NCBI GenBank assembly: GCA_043228905.1
Contig: JBHGNT010000021.1
Span: 8,122,001 to 8,186,000 of the forward strand
Length of the DNA stretch: 64,000 bases
Direction: 5' to 3'
DNA from: Azolla caroliniana
Taxonomy: Eukaryota; Plantae; Polypodiophyta
Below, in pieces: positions 1 through 13,534 of this stretch. How positions within the stretch are numbered: position 1 is the stretch's first letter; every line of letters begins with the position of its first letter. The position numbers were made by a program, and so were the translations under genes. The notes beneath the pieces are model-generated. The model had not been told where the DNA came from. It made no database searches and saw nothing but the letters and a program-made list of their open reading frames with translations.

Positions 1-44
1 CATGGTGTCTGGACTATCGCAGCCCCACGCCTTGATAGCCCTCT

Positions 45-440
45 CTAAAAATCCCCTCCGCCGCCGAGGGTCTCGCGGTTACGCTCATGGTTCACCCACA
101 CGGCCAGGAATTGGACGGAGCGACGTCCATCTTGGCTTTTGACACGCACGTACGCCAAACTGTTGTCAAGCACTTTGGTCTCCATGCATGCCGCCGTGAT
201 GTATGGTTCACCGAGAATCACCGGGTGTGAGGACGTCTCCTGCACGAAGAAGTGTTGGTCAATCTCGACATCCCCAATCTTCACACTTACATTCGGGCAC
301 GCCCCGTGCAGTTCCTCCGTAGCACGTGTCGGTGTGCGTATTTTCCAGCCGTGCTTGGTGTTGATGGGCCACTTCCCCTTTTTGTAGAAGTCCATGGACA
401 TAAGGTTGATCTCCGAGCCGTGGTCTATCAACGCCACCAC
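45..440 (-). pseudogene. Retroviral-type aspartic protease of gypsy A
   Basis: VALIDHGSEINLMS catalytic motif and HFFVQ...VILGEPYI C-terminal motif; upstream gag is broken by stops. Confidence 0.8.
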
Positions 441-491
441 CAGCTCCTGAACGTCGCCGATCCGAACATGGGTCTCTGTCGTGGCCCTCGC

Positions 492-1797
492 CTAGTGTAA
501 CTTCGAATAATGGCTTTCCGCCAACTCGTCCTCTAGGGCCGTGTCTTCGAGGTGCGTCGTCCGCACCTCCACGGGCTTCTCCGGTTCTAGCTCCATCGAG
601 AGCCGCTTCTGCTTCACCAAGTCCACGATGGAGTCATGGAATTCTTTCTTGGCGATCCCAAGCACTTCCCTCAGCGACAGCTCCACCTTGCTGTCGAGAA
701 TTCGTTCCTCAAGGTCCTTCCACAGGTCCGTTGTTCTTTCTATTTCGATGCTCAATCGATAAGCACCTTTCTTTGCTTTATCCGGTGCGCCGGAAGTACC
801 GGCGTCATTTTGCTTCGGCCCGAACTGGATCTTGTACCGTTGCGAGGGTTTGGCCCCTCCGACCTTCCCCACACGCTTATCTTCTACCAGAACCTCGTAG
901 TTCTAGCACGCAGCTTCCACGAAGCCGGTCTTTTCCTCGACCGGATCGCTCCCCCCAGTGACCTCCCGGACCCTTCTTTCCGTGCGGTCCGCTTCCTCCT
1001 TCCTATACCGCATACCGGTGAGACCTTCCAGCACCACCAGCCAGAACCCGGAGTCCTTCGTCTTTCGGCCTTCATCACTGCCAACCCGGATTCCTGTGGA
1101 CGCCGAGTAGTGGATGGTCTCCGTGTGGCACACCGCCGCTTCTTCCATCAGCCTCTTCATTCCTCCTCGTCTGATATTCAGCTCCAGGGCTCTCCGGGTC
1201 TTCCTAGCATGCACCCTCCCATTCGACAGGTACACCGCGTCACACCACAAGCACCAACGCCCACCCGGAGGCCTTCGGTCGCGAGGTTCCTCGCCACCGT
1301 TCCTCCTTGCCTGTGCAATCTGGAGGTCACCTACCATCTACGTCAGCTCCTCCAAAACTGCTCCTCTAGGCGGGCCCTTGGCCACGTTGGTCGAAGTCGA
1401 GCCTATCTCAAGCCAATCCCAGGTTTCCTCCCTTCGTGCCAGTAGGGATCCCTTGAGCTTCCTTGCCGCGACTGCTCCTGCCCTCGATGAGCCCTTGTCG
1501 ACCCACTCCCACCGTTTGTCGAAACGGCCACAGACCCCTTTTACCACGACCCAGTCGGTCGTCAGCCCATCGTCTGTCTCCAGTAGGAGACCCACTTGCT
1601 CCCGATTCCGCTCGTCCACAGCTTTGACAAATAAAAGGACACTGCTCGTGTCCAATACTATCCTTTCCAGTGCTGAAAGTCATGTTAAGCGTTCCTCAAA
1701 CTCCCAGAGGAGCACTAACGCATTCCTTCCCTTCCTGGGGGTCTCCATCAAATCCACGAAGTCCTGCTTCGTTAATCGAAGCGCTTCATCAAGCCCA
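492..1797 (-). pseudogene. Degenerate gag (3' part) of gypsy A
   Basis: Fragmented minus-strand ORFs (492-872, 903-1337, 1338-1655) with a CLWCD knuckle remnant, collinear with the protease. Confidence 0.7.
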
Positions 1798-2022
1798 TGT
1801 TAGGATTTCGGTCCCTCCAGATGGGATGATGAAGGCCCGATGAGAACCTCTCACCAGATGAAGGGACATATATGTAAACATGTTCCAGAGAGCCCACAAG
1901 GGCTATATTTGTAAATAGCCCGAAAGTTATATTAGTATAAATATGACCTAGGGCAAACAATGTAAAAGTGTCATCATTATTTTGTATAGAGTTATTGGTG
2001 TAACTGTTGTCCAGAGCGTAGC

Positions 2023-2078
<56 letters not shown>

Positions 2079-2376
2079 GAGAGAGAGAGAGATACAGAGT
2101 GCTCCTCTGTTGTAACCGCCGCCAGGCCAAGAGTGTGAGCGCAAGGTCGTCGCCTCTGTGCCCCCTGTTGTATTCTTTGACATAGTGATAGTTTGGAATC
2201 TGTGGGCTCCCGTGGTTTTTCCCATTTAGGGTTTTCCAGGTTAACATACTGTGTACCCTCTCTCATATTTTCTGTGTGTACGTGTTTCACCTCCATTCTC
2301 ATTCTCGGTGTTCGATTCTAAATGACACGATCTGAGACTCGGTTATGGCCGGTAGTATTCCGCATATTGCATGTCA
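1798..2376 (+). repeat. 5' LTR of K, containing a (GA)n microsatellite at 2027-2092
   Basis: Direct repeat of 13227-13817 with several percent divergence and a 25-bp U3 indel. Confidence 0.92.
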
Positions 2377-2405
2377 ATCTAGTATCAGAATCAACAAAAC
2401 AGAAA

Positions 2406-5098
2406 ATCGAAGAATCATTCGGCAACATGTTCAAGATCACCGGCTCCAACTACTCAGTGTGGAAGTCGAAGATGAGGGACATGGTCGTTGTCAAAGATCT
2501 TTGGTTGCCGGTTCAGTTCGGGGACAAGAGACCGGACAGGATCGATGCCACAATGTGGGAGGTGATGCACATGAAGATGACGGCATACATACGGTGCTTC
2601 ATCGACATGAGCCTGTACAACAACTTCAATGAAGAGAGCAAGGCTCATGAGCTCTGGGAGAAGATCGACATTATGTTTCAGAACAAAAATGTTGTTAATC
2701 GGGTTTCGGTATTCCGGAAGCTAGTAAGACTCCGGTACCAAGATGGCTCCAGTATGGCAAAGCACATGAATGCCTTCCAGGGGCTAATTCACCAGGAAAC
2801 ATCGTTGGAAGTACCTCTCGCCGATGAGGTACTAGCACTGCTTCTGCTCGGTTCCCTCCCAGATAGCTGGGAGTCGTTAGTTGTCACTTTGGGCAACGTC
2901 GAGCCGGAAGGGAAACAGTTATCCCTAGCAAGAGTCAAGTCGAGCTTGTTAGATGAGGAGGCGCGTCGGAAAGACAAGGACACGAGCTCCGACTTCAAAG
3001 CGCTCCTTACCGAATCGGAACGCGGAAGACAAAGGAACCGTAGTCCCCCGAACCGGGAAAAGTCGGGGACACGGTCAAAGTCAAGGGGTAGGCCTACTTG
3101 CTTCTATTGCGGCAAGCCGGGGAACTTCCAGAAGAACTATCGGCATTTCCAGAAAGACAAGGGAACCGACAGTACCGATTCGAAGAAGTCACCGGACCGA
3201 AACGGTTTGGATCGGAAAGGACCGGACCAGAAGGGAACGACAGCAATCGCAGCAAGTGAAGAGGAGTTGATGCTCATCACCGAGGAGAGTGAGTTGAACC
3301 TTGCCGGGGACAAGACAACGTGGGTTGTCGATTCCGGAGCGTCGTTCCACCTGACCCTGGACCGGAAATGCTTCTCATCCTACACAACCGGTGAGCACGG
3401 TTGTGTCCGGATGGGGAATGAAGGTATATGCTGAATTGTCGGCATAGGAGATGTGTGGTTGACAACACCAACCGGATGCAAGCTGCTGCCGAAGGATGTT
3501 TGACACGTTCCGGAGGTTCGATTGAACCTAATATCATCTGGTCGGCTAGACGATGAAGGCTACACAGGTAGCATCCGAAACGGAGTCATAAAGTTCAGCA
3601 AAGGGAGCCTAATAGTGGTTCGGGCCCGAAAAGTCAACACTCTGTACCTAATGAATGCCCGGCTATGTCGGGAAGAAGTGAACGATGCATCTGACACTGC
3701 CGGTGAAGTGTGGCACAAGAGATTGTGTCACATGAGCGAGAAGGGGATGAAGAGGCTTGCCGATGACAACCTCATTCCGGTGAAAGACGTGCATCTTGAG
3801 AAGTGCACCGACTGCCTGGCCGATAAGCAAAACCGAACGTCCTTCCGATCAAGGCCATCGATGAGACGAAATGCACCACTAGAGATGGTGCATACTGATG
3901 TGTGTCAAGTGGACACGAAGTCACATGCCAGATCGCAGTACTTCGTGACGTTCATAGATGACCACAGCCAGAAGCTGTGGGCCACACCATTGAAGAAGAA
4001 GGACCAAGTGTTATCCGTCTTCAAGGAGCTCCACACGAGAGTGAAAAGAGAAACTGGCCGGAAGCTGAAGGCGGTTCGAGCAGATAACGAAGGAGAATAC
4101 CGGGGGCAGTTCGAGGAGTACTACCGCTTGAAGGGAATCCGTCTCAAATTTACCGTGCTGAAGACACCAGAACTCAATGGGCTGGCCAAGAGGATGAACC
4201 GGACCATAATGGAGAGGTTCCGGAGTATGCTGGCACAGGCAAGGTTACCCAAGACGTTTTGGGCTGAGGCGCTCGCAACAGCGACTATGTGATAAACAAA
4301 TCACCCTCAAATCCCTTGGACGGAGACACGCCACAGAGAGTATGGATCGATAAGGAAGTGTCTTACCAGCATCTGAAGGTGTTCGGGTGTCTCTCTTACG
4401 TGCATGTGGCAAAGGACCGAAGAGCAAAGTTGGATCCAAAGTCTCGGCCTTGCATATTCCTCAAATACGGCGATGATGAGTTCGGCTACCAAGTGTGGGA
4501 CCCCGTCAACAAGAAGGTGTTTCGGAGTCGAGATATTATCTTCATGGAGGACAAGACCCTTGCCGACTGGGAGTCAGAGAAGAGGATAATGAACTCCGAG
4601 TCGACCGGTATGGATCTGACCGATGAGATTCAGACCTACCCGGCTAAGAGCCGGTTGACACTCAAAGAACCAACCGGTTACGGAGAGGAAACCGAACCGA
4701 TAGAAGAAGGAGAAGAAGCAGAAACCGGAACCGGCCAAGACCCCGAATCAGATTCGGATGAAGAACAAACGGAGGAGCCGGTTGCTGAAAGCCAAGGATG
4801 TAGATATCCTTTCGGAGAGACAAGGCCCCCCCAGAGATTTCCGGATGTAGAGCGCGTGTTGCTAACCGATGAGGGGGAGCCGGAAAGCCTCGAAGAAGCA
4901 AAGGAGGACACCCATAGCCACAAGTGGTTAAGTGACATGCAAGATGAGATGGATTCCCTACATGAGAACCACACATATGAACTGGTGGAGTTGCCGAAAG
5001 GAAAGCGGGCACTCCAGAATAAGTGGGTGTACAAGCTGAAACTGGGAGATGCCGGAAACCCCTCGAGATACAAACCCAGGATCGTGGTGAAGGGGTTC
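2406..5098 (+). pseudogene. K gag-protease-integrase-start of RT (disrupted)
   Basis: LLLGSLPDSWE (gag), CFYCGKPG knuckle, WVVDSGASFH (PR), WHKRLCHMSEKG and VHTDVC..FVTFIDD (IN), NKWVYKLK (RT); stops and frameshifts. Confidence 0.9.
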
Positions 5099-6356
5099 TG
5101 TTGAGCGGCAAGCTCAACTGGAGCCGGATCGGCTGAATAAGCCTGAGTTGGCAAGCGAGACGGATCAGTAAGCTGTGAGCAACTGAGCCGGCAAGCAACA
5201 GAGCCGGTGAGCTGGGGAGCCGGTTAGTCGGATCCAATCAATAACCGGAAGCCTAGTATTAGTGTAGACTACTAGGCAATTATAGTCTCGTAGTAAGTGT
5301 CAGATGCTTGTGTGAGCATTGAAGTACGCGGTACTTCTGTCAGTCCCACGAGGACTTGCATAAATAATGCTACTGAGCATAGTTAAATGTACAGAGTGTT
5401 TTTATCATTTTTTAATATAGCCTTGAAGTTCTGCTCTCTCTGTCTCTCCTGTGTACTCTGTGTATTCCCTTCCTTCTCTATTTTCTAACACTTCCGCAAG
5501 TAATCGTTTACATGGTATCAGAGCGTGAGGGTTGAGAACCTCCTCTGCAACCGACAAACGCTTGAAAGCAAACCCTAACAGGTCGTAAAACAGCAGACAA
5601 AGAAGTGATGGATAGAGGGATGGCTACCTCGCTCCTTGTGGAGAAACTTGATAGATCCAACTATGCATCTTGGTCGTATAAGATGCACCAGTACCTGCTT
5701 GGGCATGGCTACTAGAGTTTCGTCGAAGGAGCCAACGAAACAGCACCTGATGCGGCACATAAGGACTTCCCAGTGTGGGAACAATCGGCAAGCAGTGTGG
5801 GAACAATCGACGGGTCGGCACACAATGGAGGCAGCCGGCAAGAGCAAGAACGAAGGCACAGAGAACATGCCGACAGCGGTTCCGGGACTCCCACAGGCAG
5901 GGGGAGTCATGGCGACACCGGAAGACGCCAAGAGAAGTTAGCAACAGAATGCTGGTATTGTGGCAAAAAGGGCCACAAAGAAAGTGAGTGCTGGAGAAAA
6001 CGCGTTGATTCTGACAAATCCGGATCTGGCAAGGCCGGCAAGGATGGCTGGCAAAGCTTGCACTACGCAAAGGGATCGGGAGGATCCAAGAATGGTAACA
6101 GGCCAGCCTTGGTGATGAAGCACGAGGCGAACTCGATGAAGAAAACCACTTCCAAATCGGAGGAAGTGTGGTATGTTGATTCTGGTGCGTCGAACCACAT
6201 GACGAACCACAAAGAGTGGTTCTCCTTTTTGGACAAACCGGATCAACCAGGAGTAGTCGAAACCGGAGACGACACTCCTCACCCAATTGTGCACGTCAGA
6301 GAAGTCCCTTTGAGCCACGTCGGACAGAAGGGGACGCTGATGAACGTATTACACGT

Positions 6357-7023
6357 TGTCGCGAAGTTTCGCGTTCGCGTGTAGGAAGAGGTGGGACCAC
6401 GGGGATCTTGGACCAAGGAGAGAGTGAGAGAGAGAGAGTTGTAGATACATAGAAAGAAAATAAGAGCAAGAAACAGGAATCCGATTACTATAATCAGTAG
6501 CTTATAACTCGAACAGTTACAATCGGCAAGTCGGTAATGGACCTGACACGGGGTCCTACTCACGCACACAGACGACAGCCACTGGACTCGAAGAAACAAA
6601 AAGGCGGGGGGGGGGGGGGGGGGGGAGAGCCTCTGCTGGAAGCACACGGGCTGTCCATGAAGCAGAGGCAGTGAACTTCTGACACCCACAGAGAACGACG
6701 ATCGGAGGAGAGAGACCTCAGCCCTCAGTTCTACAACAGCACTTCGTCCTCGCCAATGCGCGATGCCTTTTCTTCCTTCTCTCCCTCCTTAAATAGTTCG
6801 CCAAAAGGAAGACCCTTCTTCCCTAGTCCAATCGCTTTATTCCCTGTCCCTTTCGATAGAGATACACACAAATCCCCTAATAGATGTGTACTACCTAGTA
6901 TTTACATCAGCTGACCTAATTGTGAATTATGTACAAAATATCAATTCTCGCGTCCACCCATGTAAGAGCCGGTTCATGCCCCTTTTTCTCCGATTCCACC
7001 TACGGCCGGTTTTCTTCACGACA
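6357..7023 (-). mobile_element. Solo LTR related to gypsy A, with 4-bp TSD
   Basis: Termini TGTCGCGAAG...CTTCACGACA, flanked by ACGT/ACGT. Removing it restores host NVLHVPTIMKN. Shares sequence blocks with 14181-14764. Confidence 0.88.
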
Positions 7024-7885
7024 ACGTTCCGACAATCATGAAGAACCTGGTGTCAGTTGGATAGATCGTCGACCAAGGGATGCAGGTGCGGTTTACACAC
7101 CTCAGGTGCTTCATCGAGGAAGAGGGCCAGATTATTGCGCAAGGGCACAGAGACGAGAGGATGTTTATCCTCGACACCAATAACGTCGGCACCGCTCTGT
7201 TTGCAAAAGGACAGAAGGTCGAATCGGACATCGACTTGTGGCACAAGCGGATAGGCCACGTCAATTACTGGAGGCTTCAAGACCTGCAAACGAAACAAGT
7301 TGTTTTCGGTTTGCCGAAGTTTAGCGGCCGGAAGGCCCAAGTATGTGAAGCCTGCCAACGCAGGAAGCAACATCGGCTTCCATTCCCCACCGAACGCAAC
7401 CGGAGCCGTAACAAGCTCGACCTTATACATTCGGATGTATGGGGACCGGCACAAAATGTTAGTCTTGGTGGGAGTCGATATTTCGTCTCCTTCATCGACG
7501 ACTATACGCGGCACACATGGATCTACCTCATTGAGCGGAAGAGTGAAGTCTTCGAGTGTTTCCGGAGTCTCCGGAGAGGAAGATCAAATACCTACGATCG
7601 GATGGAGGAAAAGAGTACTTTTCCGGCCAATTCAATAGTTATCTGCAGCAAAAGGGAATTCGGCGAGAGTTTAGCTGCAGATACACACCGCAATAGAACG
7701 ATGTTGCCGAAAGGAAGAACTGGTCGCTTATTGATGCGGCAAGGGCAATGCTGGAGGAGAAGAGTATGCCCAAATTCTACTAGGCGGAGGCAGTCCGAAC
7801 AGCTGTCTACATCCAGAACCGGATCAGTGACAAGGTGTCAGCTCACAAGCTGTATTTCAGGCGCAAGCCGAATTTGAGACACCTT

Positions 7886-8699
7886 TGGCAGGAACTGACC
7901 GCTCCGTATACGCAACACTCGGCCACAACCAAGCTTAGAATCATACACAGAAAACGGGAAATAGATGTTCGACATAGAAAAGAGAAGAGTACACAGGATG
8001 TTTACGTGGAAAACCCAAACTAGGGAAAAAACCACGGCAAGCCCACAGGCTACAAACTATCACTATGTTAGAATGTACAACAGTGAGTTCACGGAGGCAA
8101 CGACCTCGTGCTCATGATCTTCGCCACAGGCGGCGGTTACAATCAAAGGCAAGGACCTCTTCCTCTCTCTCTCACTCTCTGTACACTGTTACACACTCTG
8201 GTCTCGCGTAGACAAGAATAACAACACCTACTAAAAGTTTTCCCTAAGTCATATTTATACTAATATGACTTTTCGGCTATTTACAAATATAGCCATGATG
8301 GACTCTCAGAAACATATTTACGAATATGTCTCTTCATCCGGTTCTCACCGGGTCTGCACCATCCGGCTCTCCATAGCCGAGTACTCCTCATCCGGTTCTC
8401 ACCGGGTCTGCACCATCCGGCTCTCCGTAGCCGAGTACTCCTCATCCGGTTCTCACCGGGTCTGCACCATCCGACTCTCCGTAGCCGAGTACTCCTCATC
8501 CGTTTCTCACCGGGTCTGCACCATCCGGCTCTCCGTAGCCGAGTACTCCTCATCCGGTTCACACTGGGTCTGTACCATCCGGCTCTCTGTAGCCGGGTAC
8601 TCCTCATCCGGTTTCGGCCTGAACCTATCGGCCTTGGCCGAGTTTGTTCATCGGCACTGTTCTTCTCCCTTCCCATCCGGAGGAACCTGTCTCCCAACA
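7886..8699 (-). mobile_element. Solo LTR of a K/D-related copia family
   Basis: TG...CA termini, TSD ACCTT (7881-7885, 8700-8704), shared GGGAAAAA(A)CCACGG..AGCCCACAG..AACTATCA block. Confidence 0.9.
8333..8612. repeat. 54-bp tandem array (~5.2 copies) in U3 of the solo LTR
   Basis: Unit CTCATCCGGTTCTCACCGGGTCTGCACCATCCGGCTCTCCGTAGCCGAGTACTC starting at 8333, 8387, 8441, 8495, 8549. Confidence 0.95.
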
Positions 8700-11600
8700 A
8701 CCTTAAGATCTTCGGTAGCATTGCATATGTGCATGTACCGGAAGAGAAGCGGAGGAAGCTGGATGCAAAATCGGAAAAATGCATCCTAATCGGCTATGCT
8801 CAAGAGCAAAAGGGTTATAAGTGTTATAACCCCTAGACAAAGCAGGTCCGAGTTAGTCAAGATGTCGAGTTCGATGAATCGGCATCGTGGTACTCCTTAC
8901 CGGCTCCAACTTCCGAATCCGACCCGGTGCCGGTGGAAGAGGCTAATGAGCCTGAACCGGCCCAAGTAGAGGATGATGAAGCATGGACTCAACATGAGAG
9001 TCCAGAATCGTTCCGGTTGAGCGGGCCAAACGAGAGTCTGAGTCAATCTGACCAGTCCGATGAGGAACCGACGAGTAGTGGAGACTCTACCGTGCACTCC
9101 CCGCGCAAGGAACCGAGGCGACAGTTCACGTGCAAAGAGAAGGGGAAGAAGAAGATGCCGGAATTCGAAACCGGCAATGATGAGTCAGATCAGTGTGCAT
9201 CCGACTCCGGCAAGGAGAAAGGCAGATCTTCGGCAACGAAGACAGAACCGGCCAAGAAGGGCCTCAAACCAGGTAACAGTGAGTTACGTCGGTCCACCCG
9301 CCAGAAGGATCCCGTCAAGCGGTACAGGTACAATGAGTACGTGGCACATCACTATGCGTACATGACTAAGGTGGAGAAAGTGCGTGAACTGGAGAGCTAC
9401 GCAGAAGCGGCCAAGGACGCAAATTGGCATGCTGCTATGGAAGAAGAAATGCGGGCACTTGATGTCAACAAGACATGGGGCCTAGTTGACCCTCCTCGTC
9501 ACTATAAACCGATCGGATGCAAGTGGATATACAAGGTAAAGTACAATGCTGAAGGTTCTGTTAACCGGTATAAAGTCCGATTAGTGGCGAAGGGATACGC
9601 GCAAACCCACGGAATCGACTACGACGAGACCTTCGCTCCTGTAGCGAAGATGACGACGGTTCGAGTGGTGCTGGCGGTTGCTGCGACAAGGGGGTGGCAT
9701 CTTCATCAAATGGATGTGAAGAATGCATTTCTTCAAGGTGATCTTGAAGAAGAAGTCTTTATGACTCAGCCTCCCAATTTTCAATCGGAGGTGAACAAGT
9801 CAACGGTATGCCGGCTGAAGAAGTCATTGTACGGCCTGAAGCAAGCCCCTCGAGCTTGGAATACGAAGATCGTGCACCGGTTGCGTAAGATGGGTTTTGT
9901 GGCCTCCAAATTGGACTCTTCATTGTTCATCCGGCAAGGCTCAACCAGTCCGGTATGTATAATGTTGTATGTTGATGATCTAGTCATCACTGGACTGGGT
10001 CTTCCAAAAATCAACCACGTCAAGTCCCAGTTGTCGGACACATTTGAGATGAAGGATCTGGGGGACCTTCATCATTTTCTACGGATCGAGGTGATCCGAA
10101 CCCCCGACGGCATATTACTCTCACAACGACATTACGTCTTGAATATGTTGTATAGGTTCGGCATGACAGAATGCCGACCTGTCTCTACACCCTTGGACCG
10201 GAACCAGAAGCTCCATCCCAACTCCGGACCGGCCTGCAACAAGAAACGGTTCCAACAAATTGTCGGAAGCCTTATTTACCTGACTATCACACGCCCTGAC
10301 ATCAGCTATACGGTTGGAATGATAAGTCAGTTCATCCAGAAGCCGACCGTGGAGCACCTTCAGTGCGCGCAGCGGATATTGCGATATGTAAGCGGCACGA
10401 AGGACCGGGGACTGTTATACCGGCGAGGTATAACCAAAGAGCTCGTCGGTTACACGGATGCCAACTGGGCCGGCGATGCATCAGATCACCGATCAACCTC
10501 CGGTTACATGTTTTCCCTAGGTAGCGCGATTGTTGCATGGAGCAGCAAAAAGTAGCCAACAGTTGCTCTATCGAGCACTGAGGCTGAGTATCGGGGCGCT
10601 ACCATTGCCACCTGTGAAGCGCCATTTGGCTTCGGCAACTGCTGCAAGACTTACGGATCGAGGTACCAACCCCGATTCTGGTCTACTGCGACAACATAAG
10701 CAGCATGCAACTCGCCAAGAACCCTATGTTCCATGCTCGCACGAAGCACATAGAAGTGCATTATCACTTTGTGCGTGAGCGGGTCCTGAGCGGTGAAGTT
10801 GAACTACGGTATGTTCACACGGATCGGCAAGTTGCCAACATCTTCACCAAGCCACTCGGATCGGACAAGTTGCATCATTTTATCGACATGCTTGGTGTTC
10901 AGCATCTCGACGTGCCACACTTGAGGGGAAGAACGGGCAGAGACACCGGAACGGGCAAAGGCAAAGAGACTGCCGATTGCGCCGGTGACGGAAGAACAGA
11001 AGGCGGCAGAGTCAAGAAGGACATAGCCGATCGAAGGAAGAAGGCCAAGACCCGGACATGGTCCGATGTGGTAATGGGCTTGGAACCAGAAGACGAATCG
11101 GGAGCAACTGATTCGGACAAGAGCTGGAACGAATCGGAGACAGTCGATTCGGTTCAAAAGACAGATTCGAAAGAACCGGATCAATTCAAGGCCAAGCAGA
11201 CACGGATGCAATGGAAGTCGATGCCATCGCGAAGGAACCCATGGATCGATAAGCGCCGGAGTCATAGCAGCGAAGGAGCTAAGAGGGGCCTATTGAGCAG
11301 ACATACCGACCGAGAAGGTCGAGGCGTGCAGAACAAGAGGGGTCGCAGCAAACAGAACCGGACCGGACGAGGAGCGCGAGCAAGGCGAAGCGCCGCCAGG
11401 AGAAGTCGGTTGGAAGAACCGACTGCCATAGAGACTGACACTAAGATCCAACCTCAAGTTGAGCTTGAGGGGGAGTGTTGAGCAGCAAGCTCAACTGGAG
11501 CCGGATCGGCTGAATAAGCCTGAGCCGGCAAGCGAGACGGATCGGTAAGTTGTGAGCAACCGAGCCGACAAGCAACAGAGCCGATGAGCTGGGGAGCCGG

Positions 11601-11894
11601 TTAGTCGGATCCAATCAGTAACCGAAAGCCTAGTATTAGTGTAGACTACTAGGCAATTATAGTCTCGTAGTAAGTGTCAGATGCTCATGTGAGCATTGAA
11701 GTACGTGGTACTTCTGTCAGTCCCTTGAGGACTTGTATAAATAATGCTACTGAGCATAGTTGAATGTACAAAGTGTTTTTATTGTTTTTGAATATAGCCT
11801 TGAAGTTCTGCTCTCTCTGTCTCTCTTGTGTACTCTGTGTATTCCCTACCTTCTCCATTTTCTAACGCTTCCACAAGTAATCATTTATAGGTTC

Positions 11895-13216
11895 CAGTAG
11901 AAGAAGGGTGTGGACTTCGACGAGATATTTGCTCCGGCGGTAAAGATGACTTCCATCCGGATGGTGTTGAGCATAGCGGCAAGCATGGACCTTGAGGTAG
12001 AGCAACTGGACGTCAAGATGGCATTCCTACACGGAGACCTCGAAGAACAGATCTACATGCATCAACCGGAAGGATTTGAGAAGAAAGGGAAGGAGCACCT
12101 AGTGTGCCAGTTGAAGACGAGCCTCTACGATTTGAAGCAGGCTCCTTCATGACAGATCAAGGGTACCACAAGACGCAGGCCGATCCTTGCGTATTTGTGA
12201 AGAAGTTCGAAGGTGGAGACTTCTTGATACTCCTCCTGTACGTGGACGACATGTTGATCGTCGGACGAGACCAAGTCAAGATACGGATGCTGAAGAAGGC
12301 TCTGAACTAGACCTTCTCAATCAAAGACTTGGGTCTGGCAAGGTAGATACTGGGGATGCATATCATCCAGGACAGTTCAAAGAAGCAAGTGTGGTTGTCA
12401 TAGGAGAAGTATGTCACAATGGTGCTTCAGCGGTTCAACATGTCATATGCCAAACCGGTCGGATCGACACTTCCGGCAAACTGCAAGCTATCCGGTAAGC
12501 AAACCCCTAAGACGAAGGCAGAGAAGGCGGATATGATGAAGATACCATATGCCTCTGCCGTCAGGAGCTTAATGTACGCAATGGTGTGTACCCGACCGGA
12601 TATCGGATACGCAGTTGGAGTGGTGAGCCGGTTCATGAGCAATCCCGGCAAGGAGCACTGGAATACAGTAAAATGGATACTCTGGTACTTGAAAGGCACC
12701 TCAACTATGTGTCTCCGATTCGGCTCCAGTAATCCCCAACTTGACAGATTCACAGATTCGGATATGTCGGTTGATATGGATACCAGTTGGTCAACATCGG
12801 GATATGTTATGACATATGTAGGGGGAGTTGTTTCGTGGCAGTTGAGGTTGTAGAAGATGGTTGCGTTGTCAACCACGGAGGCGGAGTACATGGCAGCTGT
12901 GGAAGCCGGCAAGGAAATACTATGGATGAAGAATTTCATCGAAAAGCCAGGGATCCGACAAGAGGAATATCGGCTCTATTGCGACAATCAGAGTGCCAAT
13001 CTCCTTGCTAAGAACGCACCGTATCATTCTAGGATGAAGCACATCTAGCAGAGGTACCACTTGATCCGAGAGCGAGTGGAAGAGCGAGAGTTCGTGTTGA
13101 TGAAGATCCACGCGGAGGAGAACGGGTCAGATATGTTAACCAAAGTGTTGATACCCGACAAGCTAGATGCATGCCAGAAGTGGATCGGATTGATGAGGCA
13201 TCCCATGCCAGAGTGA
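11895..13216 (+). pseudogene. K RT-RNase H (disrupted)
   Basis: QLDVKMAFLHG, LLYVDDMLI, PYASAVRSLMYAMVCTRPDI, ALSTTEAEY, ENGSDMLTK. Confidence 0.9.
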
Positions 13217-13226
13217 AGGGGGAGTT

Positions 13227-13476
13227 TGTTAAGATTTCAGTCCATCCGGATGGGATGATGAAGGCCCGATGAGAACCGGATGTTGCAGGCCCGGTGAGAA
13301 CCTCTCACCAGATGAAGGGACATATATGTAAACATGTTCCAGAGAGCCCACAAGGGCTATATTTGTAAATAGCCCAAAAGTCGTATTAGTATAAATATGA
13401 CCTAGGGCAAACAATGTAAAAGTGTCGTCATTATTTTGTATAGAGTTATTGGTGTAACTATTGTCCAAAGCGTAGC

Positions 13477-13534
<58 letters not shown>

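Larger units (their letters stand above)
5608..11481 (+). pseudogene. L gag-pol (internally deleted gag, two solo-LTR insertions, stops/frameshifts)
   Basis: EKLDRSNYASW, CWYCGKKGHKESEC, WYVDSGASNHM, LIHSDVWGP, QMDVKNAFLQG, YVDDL, RTKHIEVHYHFVRE. Confidence 0.9.
5099..11889 (+). mobile_element. Ty1/copia element L nested in the RT of K
   Basis: 414-bp LTRs 5099-5512 and 11476-11889 (~28 mismatches by eye), TSD GGTTC, PBS TGGTATCAGAGC 5513-5524, PPT GAGGGGGAG. Confidence 0.95.

Noticed and set aside
636-1803. Long plus-strand ORFs (269 and 229 aa)
   Set aside because: Antisense shadows of GC-rich gypsy gag with no recognisable motifs.
1772-2302. SLSLSL/ERERER ORFs here and at 13402-13742, 21022, 26317, 39398
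   Set aside because: Translations of (GA)n/(CT)n microsatellites in LTRs and LINE tails.
8265-8789. ORFs with 18-aa repeats and a CRISPR-like look
   Set aside because: Head-to-tail 54-bp tandem repeat with no unique spacers, inside a solo LTR; eukaryotic context and no cas genes.
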